Positions 44,397-53,430 are shown, counted from the first letter of the stretch. The stretch is 64,000 nucleotides of DNA from an uncultured bacterium (GCA_964397565.1 CAYNJC010000007.1:5005-69004); one strand, 5' to 3'. Numbers and translations: made by a program. The notes: a model not told the origin generated them from the letters alone.

Positions 44397-45647
44397 ATGA
44401 TTGAGCTACAACGCACGACCGAAGAAACCTATGTGACGCTTAACGCCCGCGGGCGTCTCGATGCGGCCAGTGTCAGCACGGTCGAAGCCGAGCTCGATGA
44501 CATTGTGCGCCGCGGCCTCTATGATGTGCGGGTGGGCATGCAGGCGGTCGAGTATATCAGCTCGGCCGGCGTGCGGGTGTTGGTGAAATACTTCAAGTCG
44601 CTCAAGCAACTGGGTGGCGGCCTGCGCATCTGCGCGGCCAGCGACACGGTGTTGGCGGTGTTGCGCATGGGCGGACTGGGTGCCTTGTTCGAGCCGCCCG
44701 CGCGCCACGCGGCGCCGGCGCCGCAAGCGCCGCCCGTCACGCTCACGCGCCACACATTTGGCGACTGTAGTGTCAGCACCTATCCGCAGACGCCGGTGCA
44801 GGCAGTGGCCTGCCGTGTGATCGGGGATGCGCGCGTGCTGACCGCCGCGGCGGCGCCGGAGGTGCTGCCGCGCATTGCGATTACACGTGACCGGCTGGTG
44901 CTCGGCGTGGGCGCCTGCGGACGCGATGCCGCGGATTGCCGCCCGCGCTGCGGCGAACTGTTGGCGGTCAGCGGCGCCGTTGCATATCTGCCCACCGATG
45001 ATGACGGCACGCCCGACTACCTGCTGGCCAGCGCAACAATCCAGCCGGATGCGCATGTGTTGTACGCGCTGCAATGTGATGGCGCGCTGGGCCTGCATGC
45101 GCGCTTCGAGACGGCCGCCGGGCAACGTGGCACACCAGTCTCACAAATTGCGCAGGCGCTGCTCGATCTTTGCGCCGTCGAGCAGATCGCGTTTGTGATG
45201 ATCGCCGAATCGGCCGGCTTGATCGGCGCCGCATTGCGCCGCGCACCGACCGCGGCCGGCGGCGCGCAATTTGCGTTTCCCGATATTCGTGACTGGCTTG
45301 CGTTCACGCCGGAACATGCGCATGAGCGCGCGTTGGCCTTGGTTGTCGGCATCGTCGCGCGGGACGCGCCGGCATGCCTGCAGCCATTCCTGCGCCCGCT
45401 GGCAGCGCCGGCCGCGCTGCTGGGGCACTTGCATGCCGCCGTGTTTGATTACCGCGCCCTGCCCCAAGGTCCGCTGGCGTTGCACGCCACGGTGCATACG
45501 CTGTTCCAGGAGCAAAGCCTGCGCGGCATGCTGCATCTGCTGCATGATCCGCGGGCGATCGCCGGCGCGGGCGAGAGCATGCTGGTGCGCGGTGCGCTGT
45601 GGGCCGGTCCGCTGGGCTCGATCACCCCGGCAGAGCCCACGCGATGA
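44397..45647 (+). CDS. STAS-domain protein with ~310-aa uncharacterised C-terminal domain
   Basis: The N-terminal ~100 aa read TYVTLNARGRLDAASVSTVEAELDDIV....VRVGMQAVEYISSAGVRVLVKYFKSLKQLGGGLRICAASDTVLAVLRMGGL, the SpoIIAA/RsbV-like STAS pattern. The remainder has no motif I recognise. The stop overlaps the permease start (ATGA). Confidence 0.7.
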   Translation: MIELQRTTEETYVTLNARGRLDAASVSTVEAELDDIVRRGLYDVRVGMQAVEYISSAGVRVLVKYFKSLKQLGGGLRICAASDTVLAVLRMGGLGALFEPPARHAAPAPQAPPVTLTRHTFGDCSVSTYPQTPVQAVACRVIGDARVLTAAAAPEVLPRIAITRDRLVLGVGACGRDAADCRPRCGELLAVSGAVAYLPTDDDGTPDYLLASATIQPDAHVLYALQCDGALGLHARFETAAGQRGTPVSQIAQALLDLCAVEQIAFVMIAESAGLIGAALRRAPTAAGGAQFAFPDIRDWLAFTPEHAHERALALVVGIVARDAPACLQPFLRPLAAPAALLGHLHAAVFDYRALPQGPLALHATVHTLFQEQSLRGMLHLLHDPRAIAGAGESMLVRGALWAGPLGSITPAEPTR

Positions 45648-46588
45648 ACCTGCTAATCGGTGCCGTGACCATCGGCCTGTTGCTCTCGCTGCTGGCGCTG
45701 GGCGTCTACATCAGTTTTCGCATTTTCAATTTTGCGGACATCACCGTGGACGGCTCGATTACGCTGGGCGCGGCCGTTGCCGCGATCCTGTTGGTGCAGG
45801 GCGTGCACCCACTCTGGGCGACCTTGCTGGGCGGGCTGGCCGGCTGCCTGGCCGGCATGATCACCGGCGTCCTCCACACGGTGTTCGGCATTCACGGGCT
45901 GCTGTCGGGCATTTTGGTCATGACGGCGCTGTACTCCGTCAATTTGCACGTGATGGGCCGCAGCAATGTGCCGCTGCTGAGTGTCCGCACGATCAGCAGT
46001 GTGGTGGAGCACCAGGCGCTGCGGCTGACCGGCGGCGCGGAGGCGCTGGTGTGGCTCGGCTGGTCCGTGCCGCTGCGCGACGTTGCCATGCTGGGGGTGG
46101 CGTGCGTGGTCAGCGGCGGGGTGGCGTTGCTCCTGTACATGTTCTTGCGCACGAATCTGGGCACGACCATGCGGGCGACCGGCAGCAACGCCCAGATGAT
46201 GCGGGCCTTGGGCGTCAACACCGGCGGGATGATCGTCTTGGGACTGGCGCTGTCGAATGGCTTGGTCGCTTTGTCCGGCGCGCTGCTGGCGCAATACCAG
46301 GGCTTCGCCGATGTGCAGATGGGCATCGGCATGGTTGTCTGGGGCCTGGCTAGTGTCATCATTGGCGAGGCGATTGTGAATACACGCCAGCTTGGCATTA
46401 CCATTGTCGGCGCCGTGATGGGCTCGGTGCTGTTTCGATTGCTGGTTGCCATCGCCTTGCGTTGGGGCCTGAATCCCAACGATCTGAAGCTGATGACCGC
46501 GCTGTTTGTGCTGGGCGCGCTGGTGCTGCCGTCACTGCTGCGCAAACTCGGCGCCCTACGCCTGCGGCGCCCACGGGAGCAGACATGA
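45644..46588 (+). CDS. ABC transporter permease (COG4120-like, BPD_transp_2 type)
   Basis: From ATG 45644: MNLLIGAVTIGLLLSLLALGVYISFRIFNFADITVDGSITLGAAV..., about 9 TM. This is typical of the permease partner of PF04392 binding proteins. Confidence 0.85.
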   Translation: MNLLIGAVTIGLLLSLLALGVYISFRIFNFADITVDGSITLGAAVAAILLVQGVHPLWATLLGGLAGCLAGMITGVLHTVFGIHGLLSGILVMTALYSVNLHVMGRSNVPLLSVRTISSVVEHQALRLTGGAEALVWLGWSVPLRDVAMLGVACVVSGGVALLLYMFLRTNLGTTMRATGSNAQMMRALGVNTGGMIVLGLALSNGLVALSGALLAQYQGFADVQMGIGMVVWGLASVIIGEAIVNTRQLGITIVGAVMGSVLFRLLVAIALRWGLNPNDLKLMTALFVLGALVLPSLLRKLGALRLRRPREQT

Positions 46589-47403
46589 CCGCGCTTAGCA
46601 TGCACCAGGCGCACAAGACCTTTCATGCCGGCACGCCCGACGAGGTGCTGGCGCTGCGCGGCGTCTCGCTGGCCATCGAAGAGGGCAGCTTCGTGGTGGT
46701 GATCGGCACGAATGGCTCGGGCAAGTCCACTTTGCTGAACGCCGTGGCGGGCACGGTCATGCTGGACCGCGGGCGCATCCTGCTGGCGGGGCGCGAGGTG
46801 ACGCGCTGGCCCGAACATCGCCGCGCGCGCATCATCGGCCGGGTCTTTCAGAATCCGTTGAGCGGCACGGCGCCGGGCATGAGCATTGCCGAGAACGTGG
46901 CGCTGGCGGCCCGGCGTGGGCGGACCCACGGCCTAGGCTGGGCCTTGTCGGCGCACACGCGCGCGGAGATCGCCGCGCGCATCGGCGGCCTCGGCATGGG
47001 ACTTGAAGACCGGCTGGGCAATGACATCGCCGGCCTGTCCGGCGGACAACGCCAGGCGCTGACCCTGCTGATGGCCACGTGGGTGCGGCCGCACTTGCTC
47101 TTGCTGGATGAGCACACCGCTGCGCTCGATCCGAAGTCGGCCGCCCTGGTCGTGCGCTTGACCCACACCATTGTGGCCGCGCAACGGCTCACGACCGTGA
47201 TGGTGACCCACTCGATGCATCAGGCGGTCGAACTCGGCGATCGGCTGATCATGCTGCATCGCGGCCAGATTATTGCCGACATCTGTGGCGCGGCGAAGCG
47301 GGCCTTGCGCGCCGCGGATTTGCTCGCGCGCTTCGAGGAACTGCGCCGGATTGAACAGCTTGACTCAAGTGCGGCTGACGTGTTGCGCGCATTCTATGTA
47401 TAA
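46585..47403 (+). CDS. ABC transporter ATP-binding protein (COG1101-like)
   Basis: Walker A GTNGSGKST, signature LSGGQRQAL, Walker B LLLLDEHTAALD, H-loop MVTHS. ATGA overlap with the permease stop. Confidence 0.9.
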   Translation: MTALSMHQAHKTFHAGTPDEVLALRGVSLAIEEGSFVVVIGTNGSGKSTLLNAVAGTVMLDRGRILLAGREVTRWPEHRRARIIGRVFQNPLSGTAPGMSIAENVALAARRGRTHGLGWALSAHTRAEIAARIGGLGMGLEDRLGNDIAGLSGGQRQALTLLMATWVRPHLLLLDEHTAALDPKSAALVVRLTHTIVAAQRLTTVMVTHSMHQAVELGDRLIMLHRGQIIADICGAAKRALRAADLLARFEELRRIEQLDSSAADVLRAFYV

Positions 47404-47413
47404 TAGGGGCGCT

Positions 47414-49591
47414 ATGGACTTTTTTCGCCGCTATCGCCGGATTCTGCGCGTCACCTACGTGGTGGTCGTCCTGATTTCCCTGGCACTCTTCATCATCTAC
47501 ATCAGTGCCGAGTATCGCAGCGCGGAACGCTTGATCACCGAGCGCTTCCGGCAGACTGCCGCACAGGTCGATTATTTCCTGAAAAGCACGACCGATCATG
47601 TGAATGCCATGCGCATGTTCGCCGAACGCTATTGGGTGGAGCATCCCGATGCCACCAACCTGACCGGCTTGGCCGCCCAACTGCGTGATGCGCCGGCACG
47701 CGGCGTTTATGCTCTCGATGACGTGCGGCCGCCCTTCATGACGACCAATATCGCCAACCTGACGGGCTTGGGTTCGATCCACGGGCGCACGCCCGCCTTC
47801 TATCGCCAGATCGCGGTGGCCCTTGCGCTTAACCCGCTGTTCGACATCACCCGCGCCAACGTCCCGAATGCAGCGTGGTCGTATTTTGTCGGCACCGAAT
47901 ATTTTATCAATATCTTCCCTTGGACGCCCAGCGCCAAGTACTGCTATTCGCACACGACCTACAAACAGGAATTTCTTACGCTTGGCCTGCCCACCAACAA
48001 TCCGGGGCGCACCCGCTTCTGGACCGGCATATATGTGGACGAGTGCGGCTTGGGCTTGATGGTCACGTGTGGCGCGCCGGTGTATGAAAACAACCTCTTT
48101 ATCGGTACGGTCTGCGCCGATGCCACCCTCGACGCGCTCAACCGCATCATCAGTGATTTTCCTTTTGCGAATATTACCTTGTGCATTGTCAGTGACCGCG
48201 GCGAGGCCCTGGCGCATCCGCGCCTGATCCGCTCGACCGATACGCAGATCAAACACATCGCCGATATCCTGCCCGGCCGCATGGTGGCGCTGACCAACAC
48301 CTTGCTGCGCGCCGAAGCGGGCGTGCTGCACTATGATTACAGTGTCCTGTATGCCCGTGCCGCGCTTTCGCACGCGCCGTGGCAGTTACTCCTCTACGCC
48401 AATTCCTGGACCATTTTCTGGCCGATCTTCTTGCGGGCGCTGCTGATCTTGGGCGCGTTGCTGGGCGGCCTGACCGCCATGCTCATGATCACCAACCACC
48501 TGACGCGCCGCGAGTTCATTCGCCCGGCTGAGCTGCTGGTCGCACACATCGAGCAGGCCAGCCACGCGCCGGAAACGCCTGCGCCGGCGGTGCCGGCCGC
48601 TTGGACGCCCTGGTTTGCGACGGTCTCAAAAGTGTTCCGCGAGCACAAGCAGCTCCTGGAGGAACTGCGTGAGCACAATGAGCACTTGGACGCCTTGGTC
48701 GCGCAGCGTACGCAGGAGCTAAGCCAGCGCAATCAGGAGGTCGAGGACGCCCTCAAGAAATTGAAGGAAATGCAGCAGCAGATCGTCATGCAGGAAAAAA
48801 TGGCATCGCTGGGCGGGCTCACCGCCGGCGTCGCGCACGAGATCAAGAACCCGCTCAATTTCGTCAATAATTTCGCCGAACTGAGCACCGAGTTGTTCGG
48901 TGAGTTGCGTGAAGCGCTGGCCGCCAATGCGACCACGGGTGATGCGCCGGCGCAGGCCGACATCCGCGCACTGCTCGATGACATCGAACTGAATATTCGC
49001 AAGATCAACGAACATGGCAAACGCGCCGACAGCATTGTGCGCGGCATGCTCTTGCTCTCGCGTGGCAAGACCGGTGAGCGCATGCCGGTTGACATCAACG
49101 CCATGGTGGCCGAATATCTCAATCTGGGGTATCACGGGCTGCGCGCGTTGGATGCGACCTTCAATGTCAAACTTGAGACGGACTTCGACCCGGCCGTCGG
49201 CAGCCTGCTGGTGGTGCCGCAGGATTTGAGCCGCGCGGTGCTGAATGTGGTTAACAATGCCTGCTACGCGGCCTTCAGCGCGCGCAGCAAGCGCGGCGCG
49301 GGCTTTATGCCGACCGTGTCCGTGCGCACCCAGGCGACCGCTGCGCATATCGACATCAGTGTGCGCGACAACGGCATGGGCATCTCGGCCGCCCTGCGCG
49401 AGAAAATCTTTGCGCCGTTCTACACGACCAAGCCGGCCGGCAAAGGCACCGGCTTGGGTCTCTCCATCACCTTCGATATTGTGGTGCATGAGCATCATGG
49501 CGAAATCCTGCTCGATTCGGTCGAGGGTGAGTATGCTCAATTTACCATCCGCCTGCCACGCGCACAAACCCCACCCGGAGCACCTGCATGA
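47414..49591 (+). CDS. sensor histidine kinase with periplasmic Cache-like domain
   Basis: From ATG 47414: TM1 VTYVVVVLISLALFIIYI; a ~300-aa extracytoplasmic region with Cache-like features (WSYFVGTEYFINIFPW, WTGIYVDECGLGLMVTCGAPVY); TM2; coiled coil; HisKA H-box GVAHEIKNPLN; HATPase N/G boxes (NNACYA, DNGMGI, GKGTGLGLS). Confidence 0.85.
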   Translation: MDFFRRYRRILRVTYVVVVLISLALFIIYISAEYRSAERLITERFRQTAAQVDYFLKSTTDHVNAMRMFAERYWVEHPDATNLTGLAAQLRDAPARGVYALDDVRPPFMTTNIANLTGLGSIHGRTPAFYRQIAVALALNPLFDITRANVPNAAWSYFVGTEYFINIFPWTPSAKYCYSHTTYKQEFLTLGLPTNNPGRTRFWTGIYVDECGLGLMVTCGAPVYENNLFIGTVCADATLDALNRIISDFPFANITLCIVSDRGEALAHPRLIRSTDTQIKHIADILPGRMVALTNTLLRAEAGVLHYDYSVLYARAALSHAPWQLLLYANSWTIFWPIFLRALLILGALLGGLTAMLMITNHLTRREFIRPAELLVAHIEQASHAPETPAPAVPAAWTPWFATVSKVFREHKQLLEELREHNEHLDALVAQRTQELSQRNQEVEDALKKLKEMQQQIVMQEKMASLGGLTAGVAHEIKNPLNFVNNFAELSTELFGELREALAANATTGDAPAQADIRALLDDIELNIRKINEHGKRADSIVRGMLLLSRGKTGERMPVDINAMVAEYLNLGYHGLRALDATFNVKLETDFDPAVGSLLVVPQDLSRAVLNVVNNACYAAFSARSKRGAGFMPTVSVRTQATAAHIDISVRDNGMGISAALREKIFAPFYTTKPAGKGTGLGLSITFDIVVHEHHGEILLDSVEGEYAQFTIRLPRAQTPPGAPA

Positions 49592-50757
49592 AGATTCTTG
49601 TGGTTGACGACGAAGCCGATCTTGAACTGCTGATCCGCCAGAAATTCCGCAAACAGATTCAGAGCGGCGCCTATTCCTTCCTCTTTGCCCGCAATGGCGT
49701 CGAGGCCCTCGAACGTCTCAAACACGAACACGACATCGAGGTCGTCCTGACCGATATCAACATGCCGGAAATGGATGGCTTGACCTTGCTGGTAAAAATA
49801 GGCGAGTTGGATCGCGTGCTGCGCGCCGTCGTCGTCTCCGCCTATGGCGACCTGGACAATATCCGCACGGCCATGAACCGCGGCGCCTTTGATTTTCTCA
49901 CCAAACCGATTGACTTCTCCGATCTCGAGATCACCGTCGAAAAAACCATCAAACAAGTCGTCCAGTTGCGCCTGGCCGTGCATGAGCACAGCCGCCTTGA
50001 ATCCATCCAGCACGAGCTCGAACTGGCCCGCACGATGCAGCAGTCGATCCTGCCGCAGACTTTCCCGGCTTTTCCCGACCGCCACGAATTCGACCTCTTT
50101 GCCACGATGATCCCGGCCCGTATGATCGGCGGTGATTTTTATGACTATTTCCTGGTGGATAATGAACATCTCGGCTTGGTCATCGCCGATGTCGCCGACA
50201 AAGGCATCCCCGCCGCCCTGTTTATGATGATGAGCCGCACGTTGCTGCGCGCGCGGGCCTTGAACAATCTGCCGCCGGGGCAGTGCCTGCAGGAAGTCAA
50301 CATGATGCTGTGTGACAATAATGACTCGGCCATGTTTGTCACCCTGTTTTATGGTGTGCTGGATATTGCCAGCGGTACGTTTCGCTATGCCAATGGCGGA
50401 CACAATCCGCCCTGCCTGGTGCGCGCCGCCGGCGACATTGCGCCGCTGCAGACCCAAGCCGGGCCGGTCCTGGGCGTGATTGAGGATGCCACCTATACCG
50501 AGCAAACCGTCACGCTGCAGCCGCACGATGCGATCTTCTTCTACACCGACGGCGTGACGGAAGCGGAAAGCGATGGCCAGGGCTTTTATGGCGAGGCACG
50601 CCTGCATGACGTGCTGCGTCAGTGCCACACGGCTGCGGCCCAGGCGATGGTGTCGGCCGTGGTCAAAGCCGTCCAGCAGTTTGCCGGAGCCGCGGCACAG
50701 TCCGATGACATCACCGCGCTGGCCATGCGCTACAAGCCGGAGGCCGGCGCGGCGTGA
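49588..50757 (+). CDS. response regulator receiver fused to PP2C/SpoIIE-type Ser phosphatase
   Basis: REC: MKILVVDDE...LTDINMPEMDG...KP. PP2C: ARTMQQSILPQ, GGDFYDYF, GLVIADVADKGIPAALFM, FVTLFYGVLD, ANGGHNPP, FFYTDGVTEA, DDITALAM. ATGA overlap with the kinase stop. Confidence 0.88.
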   Translation: MKILVVDDEADLELLIRQKFRKQIQSGAYSFLFARNGVEALERLKHEHDIEVVLTDINMPEMDGLTLLVKIGELDRVLRAVVVSAYGDLDNIRTAMNRGAFDFLTKPIDFSDLEITVEKTIKQVVQLRLAVHEHSRLESIQHELELARTMQQSILPQTFPAFPDRHEFDLFATMIPARMIGGDFYDYFLVDNEHLGLVIADVADKGIPAALFMMMSRTLLRARALNNLPPGQCLQEVNMMLCDNNDSAMFVTLFYGVLDIASGTFRYANGGHNPPCLVRAAGDIAPLQTQAGPVLGVIEDATYTEQTVTLQPHDAIFFYTDGVTEAESDGQGFYGEARLHDVLRQCHTAAAQAMVSAVVKAVQQFAGAAAQSDDITALAMRYKPEAGAA

Positions 50758-50881
50758 AGATGTGGGAGCCACGACCAACGTGGAGAAGGTTTCAGTGACA
50801 AAGACCGACGCACCATGCCGCTGGCCAGCGGTGCGCAAAGTTAGTATCATATAGCAAGTACATTAACCGCAGCACAGGAGC

Positions 50882-51292
50882 ATGACTATGGCACTCAGTG
50901 TGGATATCAAGATACGGCCGGAGGGCGGGCACATTGTCGCGCCAAAAGGCCGGTTGGACACCGTCACGCATGAAGAATTCGAGCAGAAGATCACGCCGTT
51001 GCTCAATGGCGGCACGACCATGGTGGTGCTGGACATGGCCGGGGTTGAGTACATCAGCAGCGCCGGGCTGCGCGTCGTGTTCAAGTTGTGGAAGAACATC
51101 GCGGGCAACAAGGGCGTGTTCACCATGACCAATCTGCAGCCGCAGATCCAGGCCGTGTTTGACATCGTCAAGGCGCTGCCGAAGGAATCCGTCTTCGCCA
51201 GTATGGACGAGGCCGATCGCTACCTGACGGTCATGCAGCAGAAGGCGCTCGAGAAACTGCGCGGCACGGCCAGCGGCGCCACCACGGCCTGA
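50882..51292 (+). CDS. STAS-domain anti-sigma-factor antagonist (RsbV/SpoIIAA-like)
   Basis: The sequence HIVAPKGRLDTVTHEEFEQKI..L...TTMVVLDMAGVEYISSAGLRVVFKLWK...G.FTMTNLQPQIQAVFDIV has a conserved phosphorylatable Ser context ISSAGL. Confidence 0.85.
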   Translation: MTMALSVDIKIRPEGGHIVAPKGRLDTVTHEEFEQKITPLLNGGTTMVVLDMAGVEYISSAGLRVVFKLWKNIAGNKGVFTMTNLQPQIQAVFDIVKALPKESVFASMDEADRYLTVMQQKALEKLRGTASGATTA

Positions 51293-51343
51293 CGCCACCT
51301 GCGGCGCGCGCAACGTGCCGCACTCACCTTGCGGAGTACGAAG

Positions 51344-51775
51344 ATGCCAGCCACGGATCGTGTGCGCGACGTGACGCTGCCCAACGACACGGCGGCCTTG
51401 CCGCGTCTGACGGACGCGGTCACGGAATTCTGTGCGGCACACAACCTGAATGCGCGCTGTTGTCATGATCTGAATCTGGCGCTCGAAGAGGCCGTCAGCA
51501 ATATTATGTTGTATGCGTATGATGACGACGCGCCGCATACGATCCTGGTGCGCCTGACCGTGGACGGCACGGCGGTGCGCGCCACGATCGAGGACGACGG
51601 TGTGGCGTTCAACCCGCTCAACGCGCCGACGCCCGACCTTGACGCGCCGATCGAGCAGCGTCAGATCGGCGGCTTGGGTATCTTCTTCGTGCAGGAACTG
51701 ATGGATGAAGTGACCTACGCGCGGCGCGACGGCAAGAATGTGCTGCAGTTGCTGAAAAAGACGCAGGTGGCATGA
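51344..51775 (+). CDS. anti-sigma regulatory factor-type Ser/Thr kinase (RsbW/SpoIIAB-like HATPase)
   Basis: ATG 51344 (GGAG 8 nt upstream; the track TTG 51329 is also possible). N-box LEEAVSNIMLYAY, G1 IEDDGVAFNP, G2 GGLGIFFVQELMDEV. Confidence 0.85.
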   Translation: MPATDRVRDVTLPNDTAALPRLTDAVTEFCAAHNLNARCCHDLNLALEEAVSNIMLYAYDDDAPHTILVRLTVDGTAVRATIEDDGVAFNPLNAPTPDLDAPIEQRQIGGLGIFFVQELMDEVTYARRDGKNVLQLLKKTQVA

Positions 51776-51986
51776 GGAAATTCTCGCGCAGCGCGATAAT
51801 GTATAAAGGGGCCACCGTTCGGGGTGAATGACGCATGGCGAACGAGGAAGAAAGAAGTTGCAGCGGCAGCATGCACGCCGGGCGGCGTGGCCACAGCAGG
51901 CACTGCAAACGACATAAAATGTCGATTGGAAACGGCGATTGTGTTTGTTGCTTCTTCGTGTCTTGGTGTCTTCGTGGCAAAGTTTG

Positions 51987-53069
51987 CTATTCTTGGTCAC
52001 GCCCGTAATGCAGCGTGAACATGTCGAAGTACTGGTCGGAATAGCACGTGGCATCGTTCCAGCAGGTGAACTCAGGATTGAGCACGTCGCGGAACAAGGC
52101 ATGCCACTGTTGCCGCAACATGTGATAATCGCTGCGCACGCCGCGCGGCTGCGTCAGGAATGAGACTGCTTCGCCCATCAGGAAACTGTCCACGCTGGCC
52201 AGCGCGACGTCCACCGGTGCATCGTGTGAAAACACAAAATCCATGGCGCGCCCGTACGATTGATAGAGCGAGATCGCCAGTTCTGGCGAATGCAGTTCGG
52301 GTGTGTCGTGATTGGCGTCGAATTCCATGATGATGAAATGATCAATCCAGGGCTTCAACTCGCGCAGATGGCGCTCTTTCTTTTCATACGGCATGTGGTG
52401 ATAGGCGAGTGAGCTGAGCGCCACGTCGTAATGGGCATCGAGCTGCGCCGCGACCTGTTCGAAGCGCGCGGTGATGGTGCGGATGGGCGTGGTGGGAAAT
52501 GCGCCGGACAGGGTCTTGGTCGCGTGGGCTATCATGGCGGGGGACGCATCAATCAATAAGATTTCGCCAATGTCGAGCTGCGTGCCTCTCGCCTGTGCGG
52601 CCGTCAACAATTCGACCAGCAACGAACCGTCACCCGTACCGATGTCCATGATCCGCAGCGGATGGTCCAAGGCCGGCAGACTAGTCACGGCCGATGCAAT
52701 AAAGTTTGCGCGCGTTGCTTTGATGGCCGGCGTGCTGATGAAATGCAGATACGGCTGCGGATCCGCGAAGACGACGGCCGGCATGACCAGGCGGCGATGG
52801 CGTTCGAGGAACGAGGCCAGGAAGCCGCTTGAAAACAGCAGGTCATCTTCCAGGAGTGCGCCGGCGCGCAGCCAGGTGAGCGCAGCGTCCGTTTGCGCAT
52901 GCGCCGCGCACAAGGTCCCGACATAAAAGTGAAACGCGGCGCGCAAGGCTGGCCGCACCGCGGCAACATGCGCGGGCGGCGCGAGCGTGTGCGCCAGAAC
53001 ATCGCGGGCGTTGGCGCTCCATTGCTGGGCTTCGCGTGGTGCGAGAAAGTACATATGCATTCCATGCAA
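51987..53069 (-). CDS. class I SAM-dependent methyltransferase with long N-terminal helical domain
   Basis: Motif I is LRIMDIGTGDGSLLVELL, followed by IDASPAM and ALSSLAYHHM. The substrate is unknown. Confidence 0.65.
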   Translation of the reverse strand: MHGMHMYFLAPREAQQWSANARDVLAHTLAPPAHVAAVRPALRAAFHFYVGTLCAAHAQTDAALTWLRAGALLEDDLLFSSGFLASFLERHRRLVMPAVVFADPQPYLHFISTPAIKATRANFIASAVTSLPALDHPLRIMDIGTGDGSLLVELLTAAQARGTQLDIGEILLIDASPAMIAHATKTLSGAFPTTPIRTITARFEQVAAQLDAHYDVALSSLAYHHMPYEKKERHLRELKPWIDHFIIMEFDANHDTPELHSPELAISLYQSYGRAMDFVFSHDAPVDVALASVDSFLMGEAVSFLTQPRGVRSDYHMLRQQWHALFRDVLNPEFTCWNDATCYSDQYFDMFTLHYGRDQE

Positions 53070-53222
53070 TGCCGACTAAGGCGGTTATCAAGGCGATTAG
53101 TCTAACAGAATCGGCAGGCAAACGCAAGAAACAAAACGCGTCGCCTGCGCTTGCATACTGCTCATCATTGTGCTACCATGGTTAATCTGCGTTGAGAAGT
53201 AACTGCTTTTGGGAGAAGAGTG

Positions 53223-53396
53223 ATGCGAACGAAAGTGATCTTATTGCTGGCAATGCTGGCGCTGTGCGCCGTGCCATGTCTGGCCGACTGGGGCCAAGCA
53301 GAATCGCAGGACTTTGCGCTGGACACAACTATTCCAGAACCGGCGCTGATTCTGGCCGCCGCACTGCCGCTCTGGCTGTTGCTGCAGCGGCTCTGA
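53223..53396 (+). CDS. 57-aa mini PEP-CTERM protein (signal peptide + ~18-aa core + PEP-CTERM sorting signal)
   Basis: Not in the ORF track (<60 aa). GGAGAAG SD, then ATG 53223: MRTKVILLLAMLALCAVPCLA-DWGQAESQDFALDTTI-PEP-ALILAAALPLWLLL-QRL*, with the stop at 53394-53396. Confidence 0.6.
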   Translation: MRTKVILLLAMLALCAVPCLADWGQAESQDFALDTTIPEPALILAAALPLWLLLQRL

Positions 53397-53410
53397 TCCG
53401 GCGTCCCGCC

Positions 53411-53430
53411 GTCCCGCCACCGGCGTGGAT
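53411..53430. repeat. degenerate H palindrome copy
   Basis: GTCCCGCCACCGGCGTGGATGGGAGCG compares with GTCCCGCCATCGGCGGGATGGGAGCG at 33945. It is preceded by a partial duplicate GTCCCGCC (53403-53410). Confidence 0.7.

Noticed and set aside
47270-52102. Minus-strand ORFs 47270..48373, 48719..49567, 49537..50850 and 50792..52102 across the kinase/phosphatase/STAS genes
   Set aside because: All are antisense shadows. The plus strand encodes HK, REC-PP2C, STAS and RsbW-like proteins with complete motif sets.
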